This document shows positions 36,266 through 46,592 of a DNA stretch of 64,000 nt, in pieces; the first letter of the stretch is position 1, and every line of letters starts with the position of its first letter. Location of the stretch: assembly GCA_017620205.1 (NCBI GenBank), contig JAFZQX010000037.1, positions 31,681-95,680 of the forward strand, written 5' to 3'. Under the pieces are notes generated by a model, which worked only from the letters and a program-made list of their open reading frames with translations, was not told the origin of the DNA and made no database searches. The stretch is from Clostridia bacterium (lineage in GTDB: Bacteria; Bacillota; Clostridia; UMGS1883; UMGS1540). Both the position numbers and the translations under genes were made by a program.

Positions 36266-37153
36266 TTAAAACTTAAGTCCGTAGTCTTTCATTACTTTTT
36301 TAAGTTTTTCAAGGTTACTCTCTTCCATTTCGCACATGGGCAAACGGAGATCACCGAGTTCATAACCCAAAAGGTTCATGGCTGTTTTAACAGGAATCGG
36401 GTTAACTTCAATAAACATGGCGTTTATAAGGTCAAGCATACGAAGCTGAAGCTCTCTTGAGCCTTCTATGTCGCCGTCGAAGAATTTTTGTGTAAGATCG
36501 TGTGTTTCTTTCGGCAAAATGTTGGCAATAACTGAGATAACGCCGACGCCGCCGAGTGACATAATCGGGAGAGTCATGTTATCGTCACCGGAATAGATAG
36601 CTATCTTGTCACCGCAGAGAGCTGCGATTTTTGCTACCTGACCTATATTGCCGCTTGCTTCCTTAACGCCTACTATATTCGGAACTTCCGAAAGCTTTAA
36701 GAGCGTTTCCGGAAGAATGTTAACGCCCGTTCTGGACGGAACGTTATAAAGGATAACAGGTATCTTTACTGCTTCTGCCATAAGCGTATAATGCTTAATA
36801 AGACCTTTCTGGGTCGCCTTGTTGTAGTAAGGCGTAACGAGTAAGAGTGCGTCTGCGCCTACGGCTTCTGCACGCTTGCAAAGGTTTACACCGTGCACCG
36901 TATCGTTTGAGCCTGCGCCCGCTATAATCGGAACTCTGCCGTTTGATTTTTTAACGGCATATTCGACAACGCTTAAATGCTCTTCATCCGGCATTGTTGC
37001 GGCTTCACCTGTGGTACCGCAGATAATAAGCGCGTCGGTTGAGTTTTCTATGTGAAATTCAATAAGCTCACCGAGCTTGTCAAAATTTACTTTGCCGTCC
37101 TTAAAAGGTGTTACAAGAGCAACGCCCGAACCGGTAAAAGGTAAATTTGTCAT
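36266..37153 (-). CDS. dapA: 4-hydroxy-tetrahydrodipicolinate synthase
   Basis: It has CGTTGEAATM, the YNVPSRTG motif, and the active-site Lys context GVKEASG. Confidence 0.9.
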   Translation of the reverse strand: MTNLPFTGSGVALVTPFKDGKVNFDKLGELIEFHIENSTDALIICGTTGEAATMPDEEHLSVVEYAVKKSNGRVPIIAGAGSNDTVHGVNLCKRAEAVGADALLLVTPYYNKATQKGLIKHYTLMAEAVKIPVILYNVPSRTGVNILPETLLKLSEVPNIVGVKEASGNIGQVAKIAALCGDKIAIYSGDDNMTLPIMSLGGVGVISVIANILPKETHDLTQKFFDGDIEGSRELQLRMLDLINAMFIEVNPIPVKTAMNLLGYELGDLRLPMCEMEESNLEKLKKVMKDYGLKF

Positions 37154-37173
37154 TTTTTAACCCTCTTTCTAAA

Positions 37174-38172
37174 TTATATATCGTATTCGATAAATTTCTG
37201 AGCGATCTGAACTGCGTTTGAAGCGGCGCCTTTTCTGATGTTGTCTGCAACAACCCAAATGTTTACGCCCGATTCAACGCTTTCGTCGCGACGGATTCTG
37301 CCGACAAACGTTTCGTCATGACCCGTAGCTTCCGTAGCTATGGGATAAACGTCGTGTTCTGTGTCGTCCTGAACGATAACGCCGGGAGCGTTTCTTAAAA
37401 CGTCTTTAAGCTCTTCAAGATCGAACTGTTTTTCAAATTCAATATTTATCGATTCGCTGTGGCTGTTAAACACAGGTACACGAACTGTAGTTGCGGTAAC
37501 GCGAATGGAATCGTCACCTAAAATTTTATGAGTTTCGTTTATCATCTTCATTTCTTCCTTTGTGTAACCGTTGGGAAGGAAAACGTCGATATGGGGGAGG
37601 CAGTTGCCTGCTATCTGGTGCGGGAATTTCTTCGGGGCTTCGCCTTTGAGTCCGTTTTCAAGGTCTTCCCAGCCGGCACGGCCTGCGCCCGATACTGCCT
37701 GATATGTAGAATAAACTATTCTCTTTATTTTGTATTTATCGTGAAGAGGTTTTATCGCAACCATAGCCTGAATTGTTGAGCAGTTCGGGTTTGCGATAAT
37801 ACCCTTGTTTTTCTTTATGTCTTCGGGGTTAACTTCGGGAACTACGAGAGGAACTTCTTTGTTCATTCTCCATGTGCTTGAATTGTCTATAACGAGACAT
37901 CCGTGCTCAGCCGCGATGGGTGCAAACTTTTCGCTTGTTGCACCGCCTGCGGAGAAGAGAGCGATATCGAAGCCTTCGTCAAAGGAATGCTCAGTGAGTT
38001 CCTGAACCGTGTATTCTTCACCCATAAAGTTTATTTTGCTGCCCGCGGATTTTGCTGAAGCGAAAAGCGTGTAGCTTTCAGCGGGAAGCTTATATTCTTC
38101 GAGAACCTTAAGAAAAGTTCTGCCAACCATGCCGGTAGCACCGACAACTGCTATTTTGTATTTTTTAGACAT
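37174..38172 (-). CDS. asd: Aspartate-semialdehyde dehydrogenase
   Basis: It has VGATGMVG, the active-site motif NPNCSTI and YQAVSGAG. Confidence 0.9.
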   Translation of the reverse strand: MSKKYKIAVVGATGMVGRTFLKVLEEYKLPAESYTLFASAKSAGSKINFMGEEYTVQELTEHSFDEGFDIALFSAGGATSEKFAPIAAEHGCLVIDNSSTWRMNKEVPLVVPEVNPEDIKKNKGIIANPNCSTIQAMVAIKPLHDKYKIKRIVYSTYQAVSGAGRAGWEDLENGLKGEAPKKFPHQIAGNCLPHIDVFLPNGYTKEEMKMINETHKILGDDSIRVTATTVRVPVFNSHSESINIEFEKQFDLEELKDVLRNAPGVIVQDDTEHDVYPIATEATGHDETFVGRIRRDESVESGVNIWVVADNIRKGAASNAVQIAQKFIEYDI

Positions 38173-38244
38173 GTTAAAAACTCCAATCTCTTATTAGATA
38201 TATTACTAAACAATTATTTTATCATTAATCACGCTGATTGTCAA

Positions 38245-39666
38245 CTAATTTAAAGGTGTTTTTTCAAGAGTTTTCGGATTGAATTTAAATATTTTGCCGT
38301 TTAAATCTTTCATATAAACAGTGTCTTTATATGAATTAAATGATTCACCCTGATATTCGCCGAGCTTTATATTGAATCTCTTGTTTAAATCACGTTTGTA
38401 AATACTGCCGCCCGATACATATATAACGGCGTTTTCGTAGACGCAGTATTTTTCAACGGAGCCGGAAACAAGAACCTTCGGGCTGTTGCCCTGTGTGTTA
38501 GTGAGCGTATAAAGCACACCGTTTCCGTCTGTAAAGAAGAAAGTTGAGTTTTCGTAAACCAGATCGTTTACCGTGCCTTCGTATACGTAAGTCGTATCAC
38601 CCGTTTTATTATCTTTTGAAACGATACCGCTTTTGTCGGAGTAATAAAGCGTGCTGCCGGAGGGAATAGGCATGCTGCAGGGGCCTTCTGCCGTTTTTTC
38701 AGACTGACCGCCGTCGGTGCTTACGCAATACAGTGCTTTGTCATCCGTGCCGCGGAAGTAAAGCTTGTTTCCGGAAATAAGGAATTTGTCTGCCTTTTCG
38801 TTTGTTATCGCTTTTTCGGTTCCGTTTTCGGAAACGTATATTTTGCCGTCATCTGCGCTTATATAGAAAACTTTGTTGTTCGTATCGGGATAGATGGCGA
38901 GCGCACGGCTGCTTGTCACAAGCTTCGATTCACCGCTTTCGGAAACAACGGTGATGCCGTTTGCGTCCGATATATAAAGAGCGTTGTCAAGTGCAACCAC
39001 AGCAAAGCTTCCGCCGAGCATGTTTGAGGATGTGTTGCCGGATGTCACAAATCCATAATATGCGCTTATCCAGTCAAATGTTTCAGTAAAATCATTATAA
39101 AGTCTGTATATAAGCAAAATTGCCTGTTCGCGCGTTGTGTTCTGCAGGGGGTTTATTCTCGCCGCGTCATCGCCGAGCATAACCTCGAGCATATTTATAT
39201 ATTTAACTCCGTCTATAGCCCAATCTGCTATATCTGCTTCGTCAGGGAAAGAGTTCGGAAAACTGTCCGCAATAAAGGTTTCAGGCTTTGCGGATACAAC
39301 GCATCTTTTAAGCATTGTGCATATTTCCTGTCTTGTGATATTGTTTTCGGGAGCAAAAAGACCTTCGCCCATACCCTCAACGATTTTAGCGCCGTATGCA
39401 GCTGCAACCTTGGGGTTTTGAGTGTCGGCAAAAGGATTTTCCGTTACCGAAACTTTGCCGCCGAAGCTTTCGTAAAGAAGCATAACTGCTTCACAAAATT
39501 CTTCTCTTGTAATAGCCTGCTGATAATTGTCCTGAATGCGTTCGGGTACAAGTCCGGCCTTAATAGCATTTGCAACTTCAACCTCTGCCCATGGGCTCGG
39601 TGCGGCAAGTGCCGGAACAGCCAAAAGCAGAAGCGCAAAAACGAGGGATAATACTCTTTTTATCAT
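38245..39666 (-). CDS. Secreted protein with N-terminal SLH-like repeats and a C-terminal beta-propeller-like (DUF5050-type) region
   Basis: It has a signal peptide and SLH-like segments (AGLVPERIQDNYQQAITREEFCE, EGMGEGLFAPENNITRQEICT). A repetitive section follows with LYISD, FYISADDGKIYVS, LYFRG, LYYSD and IYVSGGSIYK blades. Confidence 0.6.
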   Translation of the reverse strand: MIKRVLSLVFALLLLAVPALAAPSPWAEVEVANAIKAGLVPERIQDNYQQAITREEFCEAVMLLYESFGGKVSVTENPFADTQNPKVAAAYGAKIVEGMGEGLFAPENNITRQEICTMLKRCVVSAKPETFIADSFPNSFPDEADIADWAIDGVKYINMLEVMLGDDAARINPLQNTTREQAILLIYRLYNDFTETFDWISAYYGFVTSGNTSSNMLGGSFAVVALDNALYISDANGITVVSESGESKLVTSSRALAIYPDTNNKVFYISADDGKIYVSENGTEKAITNEKADKFLISGNKLYFRGTDDKALYCVSTDGGQSEKTAEGPCSMPIPSGSTLYYSDKSGIVSKDNKTGDTTYVYEGTVNDLVYENSTFFFTDGNGVLYTLTNTQGNSPKVLVSGSVEKYCVYENAVIYVSGGSIYKRDLNKRFNIKLGEYQGESFNSYKDTVYMKDLNGKIFKFNPKTLEKTPLN

Positions 39667-39818
39667 GATGATTTTCCACCTTTTTTTTATTTTTCTAATA
39701 GTATATCACAAAGTGGTGTCTAAGTGCAACAGAAACTGCGTAATTTCTACACTTTATATGACATTTTTTTTTTAAGATAAAAACTTTTTCGATATATCGC
39801 ACAAACGTCCCCTTTTCC

Positions 39819-39847
39819 TTGACATTAAACGCCCGTTATGGTATATT
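39819..39847 (+). promoter_or_regulatory. Sigma-A promoter for the cimA-leuCDB operon
   Basis: TTGACA (39819-39824), a 17-nt spacer, then TGgTATATT (extended -10, 39839-39847). The ATG lies about 38 nt downstream. Confidence 0.6.
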
Positions 39848-39884
39848 GATAATATGCAAAATAATACAGATTGGAAAGCGGAAA

Positions 39885-41444
39885 ATGGCAGTAAAATTGG
39901 AGACTTTGGACACAACATTGCGTGACGGTGCGCAATCCGCAAGGATATCGTTTTCATGTGCGGATAAGATAAGAATAATAGGTCTTTTGGATGAGCTTGG
40001 AATAGACTTTGTTGAGATAGGCGCGTCGGATACGGCCGATGTGGATTTTTTTGCCCAGGCAAAAGGATTAAAGCTTTGTCATGCAAAGCTCACTGCGTTC
40101 GGAAGCACATGCCGCGCTGAGGAAAAAGCAGAGGAAAGCACAGGCCTTCAAAACCTTTTAGACTGTAATACGGAGTGGTGTACCGTATTCGGAAAAGCAT
40201 GGGATTTGCATGTAACAGATGTGCTCCGTACAACTTTTGAAGAGAATCTCCGTATGATTTCCGAAAGCATACGGTTTTTGGTTCAAAACGGTAAAAAGGT
40301 TATTTTTGACGCCGAGCATTTTTATGACGGTTATAAAAGCAATCCCTCATATGCCGTTGAGGTTATACAAACGGCGGAGCGCGCAGGCGCGTCCGTATGC
40401 GTTTTGTGCGATACAAACGGCGGCTGCTTTCCCGATGAGGTTTTTGATATAACAAAAGAGGCAACGGAAAACGTCGGGATAAAAGTTGGCATACATGCGC
40501 ACAATGACGGCGGTATGGCGGTGTCAAATTCTGTTTTTGCCGTAAGCGGCGGTGCCCGTCATGTTCAGGGAACCTTAAACGGAATAGGAGAGAGGTGCGG
40601 CAACGCAAACCTTGCGACCGTAATGGCTAATCTGCAGCTTAAACGCGGGTTTGAAATAATACCCGCAGACAAAATGAAAAACTTAACGCATACCGCGCGT
40701 GCCGTTGCGGAAACCGCGAATATAACAACGAGAAATCTGCCTTATATAAGCCGTCAGGCGTTTTTGCATAAGGCAGGCACGCATATTGACGGCGTTTTGA
40801 AAAACCACGAAAGTTTTGAACACATTTCCCCCGGCGCTGTCGGCAACGAGAGAAACTTTCTTGTATCCGGCATGGCGGGCAGGAGTGCGCTTGTTGAAAA
40901 AATAAATCAGTTTAAGCCGAGCCTTGACAAGGACTCGCCCGAAATTCAGGGTATACTTGAAGAGGTTAAAGAACTTGAATCGCAGGGGTTTCAGTATGAT
41001 GCGGCGGACGCGTCGCTCGAACTCGTTATTAAAAAGGCGCTCGGTATATTTAAAAAGCATTTTGACATCAACTTATGCAGACTTATAGACGAGCATGACA
41101 GCGAAAAAAACCAGGCATATTCATCGGTTCTTTTTAAAGTTTTGGTAAAGGGCAGAGAAGAGACGACCGCTGCGGATTCGGACGGCCCGGTGCACGCTAT
41201 GGATATAGCACTCCGAAGCGCGCTCCACAAGTTTTATCCTTCACTCCGAAGTATGCGCCTTTCGGACTATAAAGTGCGCGTTTTAAATAATGAACAGGCG
41301 ACGGGTTCGAAAATAAGAGTTTTGATAGAAACAACCGACGGCGGACAGACATGGACAACCATAGGCGTTTCTGTAAACATTATTGAAGCGTCACTTGCGG
41401 CGCTTGTCGATTCAATAGAATATAAACTTAATAAGGGGGAGTAA
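39885..41444 (+). CDS. cimA: (R)-citramalate synthase (LeuA/CimA family, TIGR00977-like)
   Basis: It has LDTTLRDGAQS (Ala rather than the LeuA-type Glu), HAHNDGGMA, and a C-terminal LeuA-dimer-like regulatory domain. It is followed by leuCDB. The CimA vs LeuA call is inference. Confidence 0.7.
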   Translation: MAVKLETLDTTLRDGAQSARISFSCADKIRIIGLLDELGIDFVEIGASDTADVDFFAQAKGLKLCHAKLTAFGSTCRAEEKAEESTGLQNLLDCNTEWCTVFGKAWDLHVTDVLRTTFEENLRMISESIRFLVQNGKKVIFDAEHFYDGYKSNPSYAVEVIQTAERAGASVCVLCDTNGGCFPDEVFDITKEATENVGIKVGIHAHNDGGMAVSNSVFAVSGGARHVQGTLNGIGERCGNANLATVMANLQLKRGFEIIPADKMKNLTHTARAVAETANITTRNLPYISRQAFLHKAGTHIDGVLKNHESFEHISPGAVGNERNFLVSGMAGRSALVEKINQFKPSLDKDSPEIQGILEEVKELESQGFQYDAADASLELVIKKALGIFKKHFDINLCRLIDEHDSEKNQAYSSVLFKVLVKGREETTAADSDGPVHAMDIALRSALHKFYPSLRSMRLSDYKVRVLNNEQATGSKIRVLIETTDGGQTWTTIGVSVNIIEASLAALVDSIEYKLNKGE

Positions 41445-41447
41445 GCT

Positions 41448-42695
41448 TTGACACTTACGCAGCAGATTCTGGCAAAAAAAGCCGGAAAAGATAAGGTCTC
41501 GGGAGGCGAGCTTGTAACGGTTCCCGTTGATATATGCCTTGCCAATGACATAACGGCACCCGTGTCGATAAACGTTTTTGAAAAAGCGGGATTTGATGAA
41601 GTATACGATAAAGAGAAAATTGTTTTTGTTTTAGACCATTTTACTCCGAACAAAGATATAAAAAGCGCCGAACAGTGCAGAAGAGTGCGTGAGTTTTCAA
41701 AAAAGCACGGAATAGTGAATTTATTTGAGGGCGGAAAAGCAGGGATTGAGCATGCGCTTTTGCCGGAAATCGGTCTTGTCGGTGCCGGAGATATCGTGAT
41801 AGGTGCGGACTCTCATACGTGTACATACGGAGCAGTTTCGTCGTTTTCAACCGGCATGGGTTCAACCGATTTGGCTGCCGCAATGAAGCAGGGCGAAACG
41901 TGGCTGAGGGTGCCGGACGCCATAAAGGTTGAAATTACGGGCGAAATGCGCGAAAGTGTTTCGGGCAAGGATGTAATACTTTACCTGCTCGGAATGATTG
42001 GCGTTGACGGCGCAAGATATATGTCGCTTGAATTTTGCGGCGAAGGAATAAAGTCGCTTTCAATGGACGACAGATTCACAATCGCCAATATGGCGGTTGA
42101 AGCAGGTGCCAAGAACGGAATATTCATTTTTGATGAATTGACCGAAGAATACTTAAAAGAAAGCGGAAACTCACACAGATTTGAGTTCGCTGAGCCTGAC
42201 GATGCGGATTATAAAAGCGTTGTAAAAATAGATTTGGCGGAAGTTAAAGAACAGATAGCCTTTCCGAATTTGCCGTCAAACGTATTTACGGCGGAAGAGG
42301 CGGCCGAAAAAGAAATAAAAATAGACCAGGTTGTAATAGGCTCCTGTACAAACGGCAGAATTTCAGACCTGCGTATTGCGGCTTCGGTTATGAAAGGCAA
42401 AACAGTTAAAGACGGTGTGCGCTGTATAATAATTCCCGCGACGCCGAAGGTTTATTCGCAGTGTATTGAGGAAGGTCTTTTAAAAATTTTTACGGACGCG
42501 GGAGCTCTTGTTTCTCCGCCCACGTGCGGACCTTGTCTCGGCGGTCACATGGGCGTTTTGGCAAAAGGCGAGAGGGCTGTTGCGACAACAAACAGAAACT
42601 TTGTAGGCAGAATGGGCGATACGGGAAGTGAGGTATATCTTGCGTCACCGTACACGGCGGCAAAAGCTGCAATTTCTGGTATAGTGGGGGTATAA
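41448..42695 (+). CDS. leuC: 3-isopropylmalate/citraconate dehydratase large subunit
   Basis: It has GADSHT, GSCTNGR and CGPCLGGH Fe-S ligand motifs. The start is TTG. Confidence 0.88.
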   Translation: MTLTQQILAKKAGKDKVSGGELVTVPVDICLANDITAPVSINVFEKAGFDEVYDKEKIVFVLDHFTPNKDIKSAEQCRRVREFSKKHGIVNLFEGGKAGIEHALLPEIGLVGAGDIVIGADSHTCTYGAVSSFSTGMGSTDLAAAMKQGETWLRVPDAIKVEITGEMRESVSGKDVILYLLGMIGVDGARYMSLEFCGEGIKSLSMDDRFTIANMAVEAGAKNGIFIFDELTEEYLKESGNSHRFEFAEPDDADYKSVVKIDLAEVKEQIAFPNLPSNVFTAEEAAEKEIKIDQVVIGSCTNGRISDLRIAASVMKGKTVKDGVRCIIIPATPKVYSQCIEEGLLKIFTDAGALVSPPTCGPCLGGHMGVLAKGERAVATTNRNFVGRMGDTGSEVYLASPYTAAKAAISGIVGV

Positions 42696-42697
42696 AT

Positions 42698-43180
42698 ATG
42701 GTTTTCGGAAATGTTCATAAATACGGAGATAACGTTGATACGGACGTTATTATTCCGGCAAGATATCTGAATGTATCGGATAAAAAAGAACTCTCTAAGC
42801 ACTGCATGGAGGATATAGATTCCGCTTTTATCAAAAGAGTAAAAGAGGGAGATATAATAGTTGCGGGAAAAAACTTTGGCTGCGGTTCATCGCGCGAGCA
42901 TGCCCCTATCGCAATCTCCGGTACGGGTATAGCGCTTGTAATTGCGGAAAGCTTCGCGCGTATCTTTTACAGAAACGCAATTAACACAGGGCTTGCGATT
43001 ATGGAATGCCCTGAGGCGGCGGAGAAAGTACAGGACGGTGATATGCTTATAGTAGACACCGAAAGCGGCATTATAGAAAACACCGTCAGCGGCGAAACTT
43101 ACAGAGCCAATCCGTTCCCCGATTTCATTACAGAAATAATAAACAGCGGCGGTTTAATCAATTACATCAAAAACAAATAA
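42698..43180 (+). CDS. leuD: 3-isopropylmalate dehydratase small subunit
   Basis: It has [13 protein letters not shown] and is 160 aa long. Confidence 0.88.
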   Translation: MVFGNVHKYGDNVDTDVIIPARYLNVSDKKELSKHCMEDIDSAFIKRVKEGDIIVAGKNFGCGSSREHAPIAISGTGIALVIAESFARIFYRNAINTGLAIMECPEAAEKVQDGDMLIVDTESGIIENTVSGETYRANPFPDFITEIINSGGLINYIKNK

Positions 43181-43197
43181 TCATGGCGGTGATTTAA

Positions 43198-44247
43198 GTG
43201 AAATATAATATTTCCGTTATATGCGGTGACGGGATAGGTCCCGAATGTATGGCGTCCGCTGTAAGAATATTAGAGAAAACAGGCGAAAGGTTTTCCCACA
43301 GTTTTGATTTTGAATATCTTGACGCGGGCGGAATTGCAATAGATAAATACGGCAAACCGCTGCCGGAGGAAACGCTCCGGAAAGCGAAATGTGCAGACAG
43401 CGTATTGCTCGGAGCCGTCGGCGGACCGAAGTGGGAAGGCATACCCGGCATAAGACCGGAGCAGGCGCTTTTGGGACTTCGCAAAGGCTTAAATCTGTAT
43501 GCGAATCTGCGCCCCGCGTTTTTGTTTGAATCTTTAAAGGACGCGTCGCCTTTAAAACCCGAAAAGCTTCCGAACGGCTTGGATATTATGATAGTAAGAG
43601 AGCTTTGCGGCGGCATTTATTTCGGTGAAAGCGGTACGGGCGAGGACTTTGCCTATGACACGGAAAAATACTCCGTTTTTGAAATCGAGCGCATTTTAAA
43701 AACCGGCGAAAAGATAGCAAAAAGCCGCGGCGCAAAGAAATTAACAGTGGTTGATAAGGCAAACGTTTTGGAAAGCTCCCGCCTTTGGCGTAAAGTAGCA
43801 AAAGAAACGGTTAAAGATCCGGAGCTTGAATTTCTCTATGTTGATAACGCCGCCATGCAGCTTATAATGAATCCGACATCGTTTAATACTATTGTCACCT
43901 CAAATATGTTTGGCGATATTTTAAGCGACGAGGCGTCACAGCTTACGGGTTCTATAGGTATGCTGCCGTCGGCGTCGCTCGGAGACGGCAATTTCGGAAT
44001 GTATGAGCCCGTGCACGGCTCCGCGCCGGATATAGCGGGTATGAATAAGGCAAACCCTATAGCGTCCATTCTTTCAGCCGCTATGATGCTTCAGTATTCA
44101 TTTGAGCTTTTCGAGGAAAGCCGAAGCATTTTCGACGCTGTAGAAAAAACGCTTGAAGACGGCTTTGCCACGGCGGATATTATGACGGAGGGCAAAACTC
44201 TTTGCACAACGGACGAAATGACGGAAAAAATAAGGGAGTATATTTAA
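43198..44247 (+). CDS. leuB: 3-isopropylmalate dehydrogenase
   Basis: It has GDGIGPE, GAVGGPKW and NMFGDILSDEAS. The start is GTG. Confidence 0.9.
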   Translation: MKYNISVICGDGIGPECMASAVRILEKTGERFSHSFDFEYLDAGGIAIDKYGKPLPEETLRKAKCADSVLLGAVGGPKWEGIPGIRPEQALLGLRKGLNLYANLRPAFLFESLKDASPLKPEKLPNGLDIMIVRELCGGIYFGESGTGEDFAYDTEKYSVFEIERILKTGEKIAKSRGAKKLTVVDKANVLESSRLWRKVAKETVKDPELEFLYVDNAAMQLIMNPTSFNTIVTSNMFGDILSDEASQLTGSIGMLPSASLGDGNFGMYEPVHGSAPDIAGMNKANPIASILSAAMMLQYSFELFEESRSIFDAVEKTLEDGFATADIMTEGKTLCTTDEMTEKIREYI

Positions 44248-44250
44248 TAA

Positions 44251-44736
44251 ATGAAACATGTTGAAATATATACCGACGGAGCGTGCAGCGGCAACCCCGG
44301 AAAGGGCGGATACGGCGCGGTTTTAAAATACGGAGAGTTTAGAAAAGAGCTGTCTGAAGGCTTTTTGCTTACTACAAATAACAGAATGGAGCTTTTAGGA
44401 GCTATAACCGCGCTCAAAGCTTTAAAAGAGCCCTGTCACGTGACGCTTTACAGCGACTCAAAATATGTAATTGACGCGCTTTCTCTCGGCTGGGCAAAAA
44501 GCTGGAGGGAAAAAGGGTGGAGGAAGAGCAATAAAGAAAAAGCTTTAAACCCGGATTTGTGGGAGATTCTCTTAAACGAAACAGATAAACACGAGATGGA
44601 ATACGTATGGGTCAAAGGCCATGCGGGCAACCCCGAAAACGAGAGGTGCGACGAGCTTGCGGTCTCGGCTTCGGGCGGTGAAAACCTTAAAGAGGATTTG
44701 GGATATATAGGCGCAGAACAACAAACTTTTGAGTAA
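44251..44736 (+). CDS. rnhA: Ribonuclease HI
   Basis: It has [16 protein letters not shown], the TNNRMEL motif and [18 protein letters not shown]. Confidence 0.88.
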   Translation: MKHVEIYTDGACSGNPGKGGYGAVLKYGEFRKELSEGFLLTTNNRMELLGAITALKALKEPCHVTLYSDSKYVIDALSLGWAKSWREKGWRKSNKEKALNPDLWEILLNETDKHEMEYVWVKGHAGNPENERCDELAVSASGGENLKEDLGYIGAEQQTFE

Positions 44737-44797
44737 AAACAAAATGCCCTGCATTTTGCACCGCAATTATTCATTACTCAGTATTAATTGTTAATTT

Positions 44798-44830
44798 AAA
44801 TCCCGGACGGCATGCCGTTCGGGATTTTTA
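44798..44830 (+). terminator. Intrinsic terminator after rnhA
   Basis: aaatcccggacggc-at-gccgttcgggattt is followed by tttta. Confidence 0.7.
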
Positions 44831-44966
44831 TATGTCATTTATGTTACAAATGCGGTTTTTTAGGTTTTTTTTAACAATTATTTAATATTCACATTTTATA
44901 ATATAAGTAAAATAAGGATATTGTAGGGTTTTACTGAAAGATAAATGTTTGGAGGAGATGAAATTT

Positions 44967-46340
44967 ATGCCCGCCTATCATGAACTGACACCTGCGCAAA
45001 AAGCCAGAAGAAGACGGAAAAAACGCAAAGAAACTTTAAAGGTTTTGGGCGCGCTCGCGCTTGCGCTTCTTATCGTTATATTGGGTATTGTTTTTGCCAT
45101 AAGGGGCATAATACATCTTTTTACACGTGACAGGCATAAGGCGCAGCAAACCACATCCGCCGAAGTTGTGACTATTGACGATGTAATTGCTGAAGCGGAC
45201 AGACTTGCGGAAGGCTATGACTGCGACGCAGCTATCGAAAAAATAAAATCATATTCGGAAAACTATCAGTATAACAACAAGTTAAACGATGCGGTAGAGA
45301 GATACGAAGCAAAAAAGGAAACGCTTGTGCCTTTTACCGATATTGACAGTATAACGCATATTTTCTTCCATACGCTTATAGTTGACTGCTCGCTTGCGTT
45401 TAACGTTGAAGACAAAAATCAAGCGGCTGGCTACAATCAGTACATGACAACCGTCAGCGAATTTAAGAAAATGATGGAGCAGATGTATGAAAGAGGTTAC
45501 GTCCTTGTTGATCTTCATCAGATTGCTTCAATACAGACGGACGAAAACGGCAATGAAAAAATGGTGCCGACGCCTATCATGCTTCCCGAGGGCAAAAAAC
45601 CGTTTGTTATGAGTCAGGACGACGTTTGCTATTACTACTATATGGACGGCGCGGGATTTGCAACGAAAATTGTTATAGGCGAGGACGGCATGCCCACATG
45701 TGAATACAAAAACCCCGATGGCACGGTTGTAACAGGTGATTACGATCTTGTTCCGATTCTGGAGCATTTTATAGACGAGCATCCCGATTTTTCATACCGA
45801 GGCGCAAGGGCGGCTCTTGCTTTTACAGGCTATGACGGAGTTTTGGGTTACAGAACAAGTCCCTCTTCCGATTCCTGCACAAACGATTACAGCGAAGAAG
45901 AAGTAGAAAAGGCAAAAGCAGTTGCAGAAAGACTGAAAGAGTGCGGCTGGACGCTTGCAAGCCACAGCTGGGGACATCAGAGATACGGCGCGATAGAATA
46001 TGAAAAAATGGTTGAGGACGCCGATAAATGGGAAAAAGAAGTTGAACCTATTATAGGCGAGTGCGATACGATTATTTACGCAAACGGCAACGATATAGCG
46101 GGCGTTGAAGATTATGACGGAAATCCGAAATATGAGTATTTGAAGGGCCTCGGGTTCCGCTATTTCTGCAACGTTGACTCAAGCAGATATTGGGTTCAGC
46201 TCGGCGGCGACTATCTCAGACAGGGAAGAAGAAACTTTGACGGATACAGAATGTATTATAATCCCGAAATGCTTGAGGATTGTATAGACGTATCCGAGGT
46301 ATGGGACAAGGAGAGACCCGCAGAAGTTCCGCCCATTTAA
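44967..46340 (+). CDS. Membrane-anchored polysaccharide deacetylase family protein
   Basis: It has a basic N-terminus, the TM helix LGALALALLIVILGIVFAI, and an extracellular domain with His motifs (FFHTL, SHSWGH). The ATG at 44967 lies 9 nt after GGAGGAG, and alternative starts exist at 44949 and 44958. Confidence 0.65.
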   Translation: MPAYHELTPAQKARRRRKKRKETLKVLGALALALLIVILGIVFAIRGIIHLFTRDRHKAQQTTSAEVVTIDDVIAEADRLAEGYDCDAAIEKIKSYSENYQYNNKLNDAVERYEAKKETLVPFTDIDSITHIFFHTLIVDCSLAFNVEDKNQAAGYNQYMTTVSEFKKMMEQMYERGYVLVDLHQIASIQTDENGNEKMVPTPIMLPEGKKPFVMSQDDVCYYYYMDGAGFATKIVIGEDGMPTCEYKNPDGTVVTGDYDLVPILEHFIDEHPDFSYRGARAALAFTGYDGVLGYRTSPSSDSCTNDYSEEEVEKAKAVAERLKECGWTLASHSWGHQRYGAIEYEKMVEDADKWEKEVEPIIGECDTIIYANGNDIAGVEDYDGNPKYEYLKGLGFRYFCNVDSSRYWVQLGGDYLRQGRRNFDGYRMYYNPEMLEDCIDVSEVWDKERPAEVPPI

Positions 46341-46367
46341 TGGAGATGTAAAAATAGCGCAGACCGC
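46340..46367 (+). repeat. 28-bp repeat, copy 1 (atggagatgtaaaaatagcgcagaccgc). It overlaps the deacetylase stop codon.
   Basis: It is identical to copy 3 at 46593-46620. Confidence 0.9.
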
Positions 46368-46432
46368 AAAAGGCAAAGAAGAAATATAATATAAAGTTTA
46401 GCGGGTGCGCTCGCTTATTAAAAGACTTAATG

Positions 46433-46460
46433 AAAGCCTGCATTTGCAGGCTTTTATTTT
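46433..46460 (+). terminator. Intrinsic terminator for the deacetylase gene
   Basis: aaagcctgc-attt-gcaggcttt is followed by tatttt. Confidence 0.7.
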
Positions 46461-46554
46461 ATGCCTTTTGCTTTGAACAAACGTCACCTCTCGACGTACT
46501 TTAGTACGCCTTTGGGTTCCGTTTGTCCAATCTGCATCAATTTTTCCTATCTCC

Positions 46555-46580
46555 ATGGAGATGTAAAAATAGCGCAGGCC
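46555..46580 (+). repeat. Repeat copy 2 (atggagatgtaaaaatagcgcaggcc)
   Basis: It matches copies 1 and 3 at 24/26 positions and is preceded by ctcc, forming the palindrome ctccatggag. Confidence 0.9.
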
Positions 46581-46592
46581 CACTTTCCCTCC

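Noticed and set aside
38173-38244. Lysine riboswitch or T-box upstream of asd-dapA-dapB
   Set aside because: Only 72 nt separate asd from the upstream gene end, which is too short for an L-box (~180 nt), and no conserved L-box elements are visible.
39667-39884. T-box or leader-peptide attenuator upstream of cimA
   Set aside because: A strong promoter lies ~38 nt from the ATG. The remaining upstream DNA is AT-rich promoter/spacer without a specifier-loop or T-box sequence.
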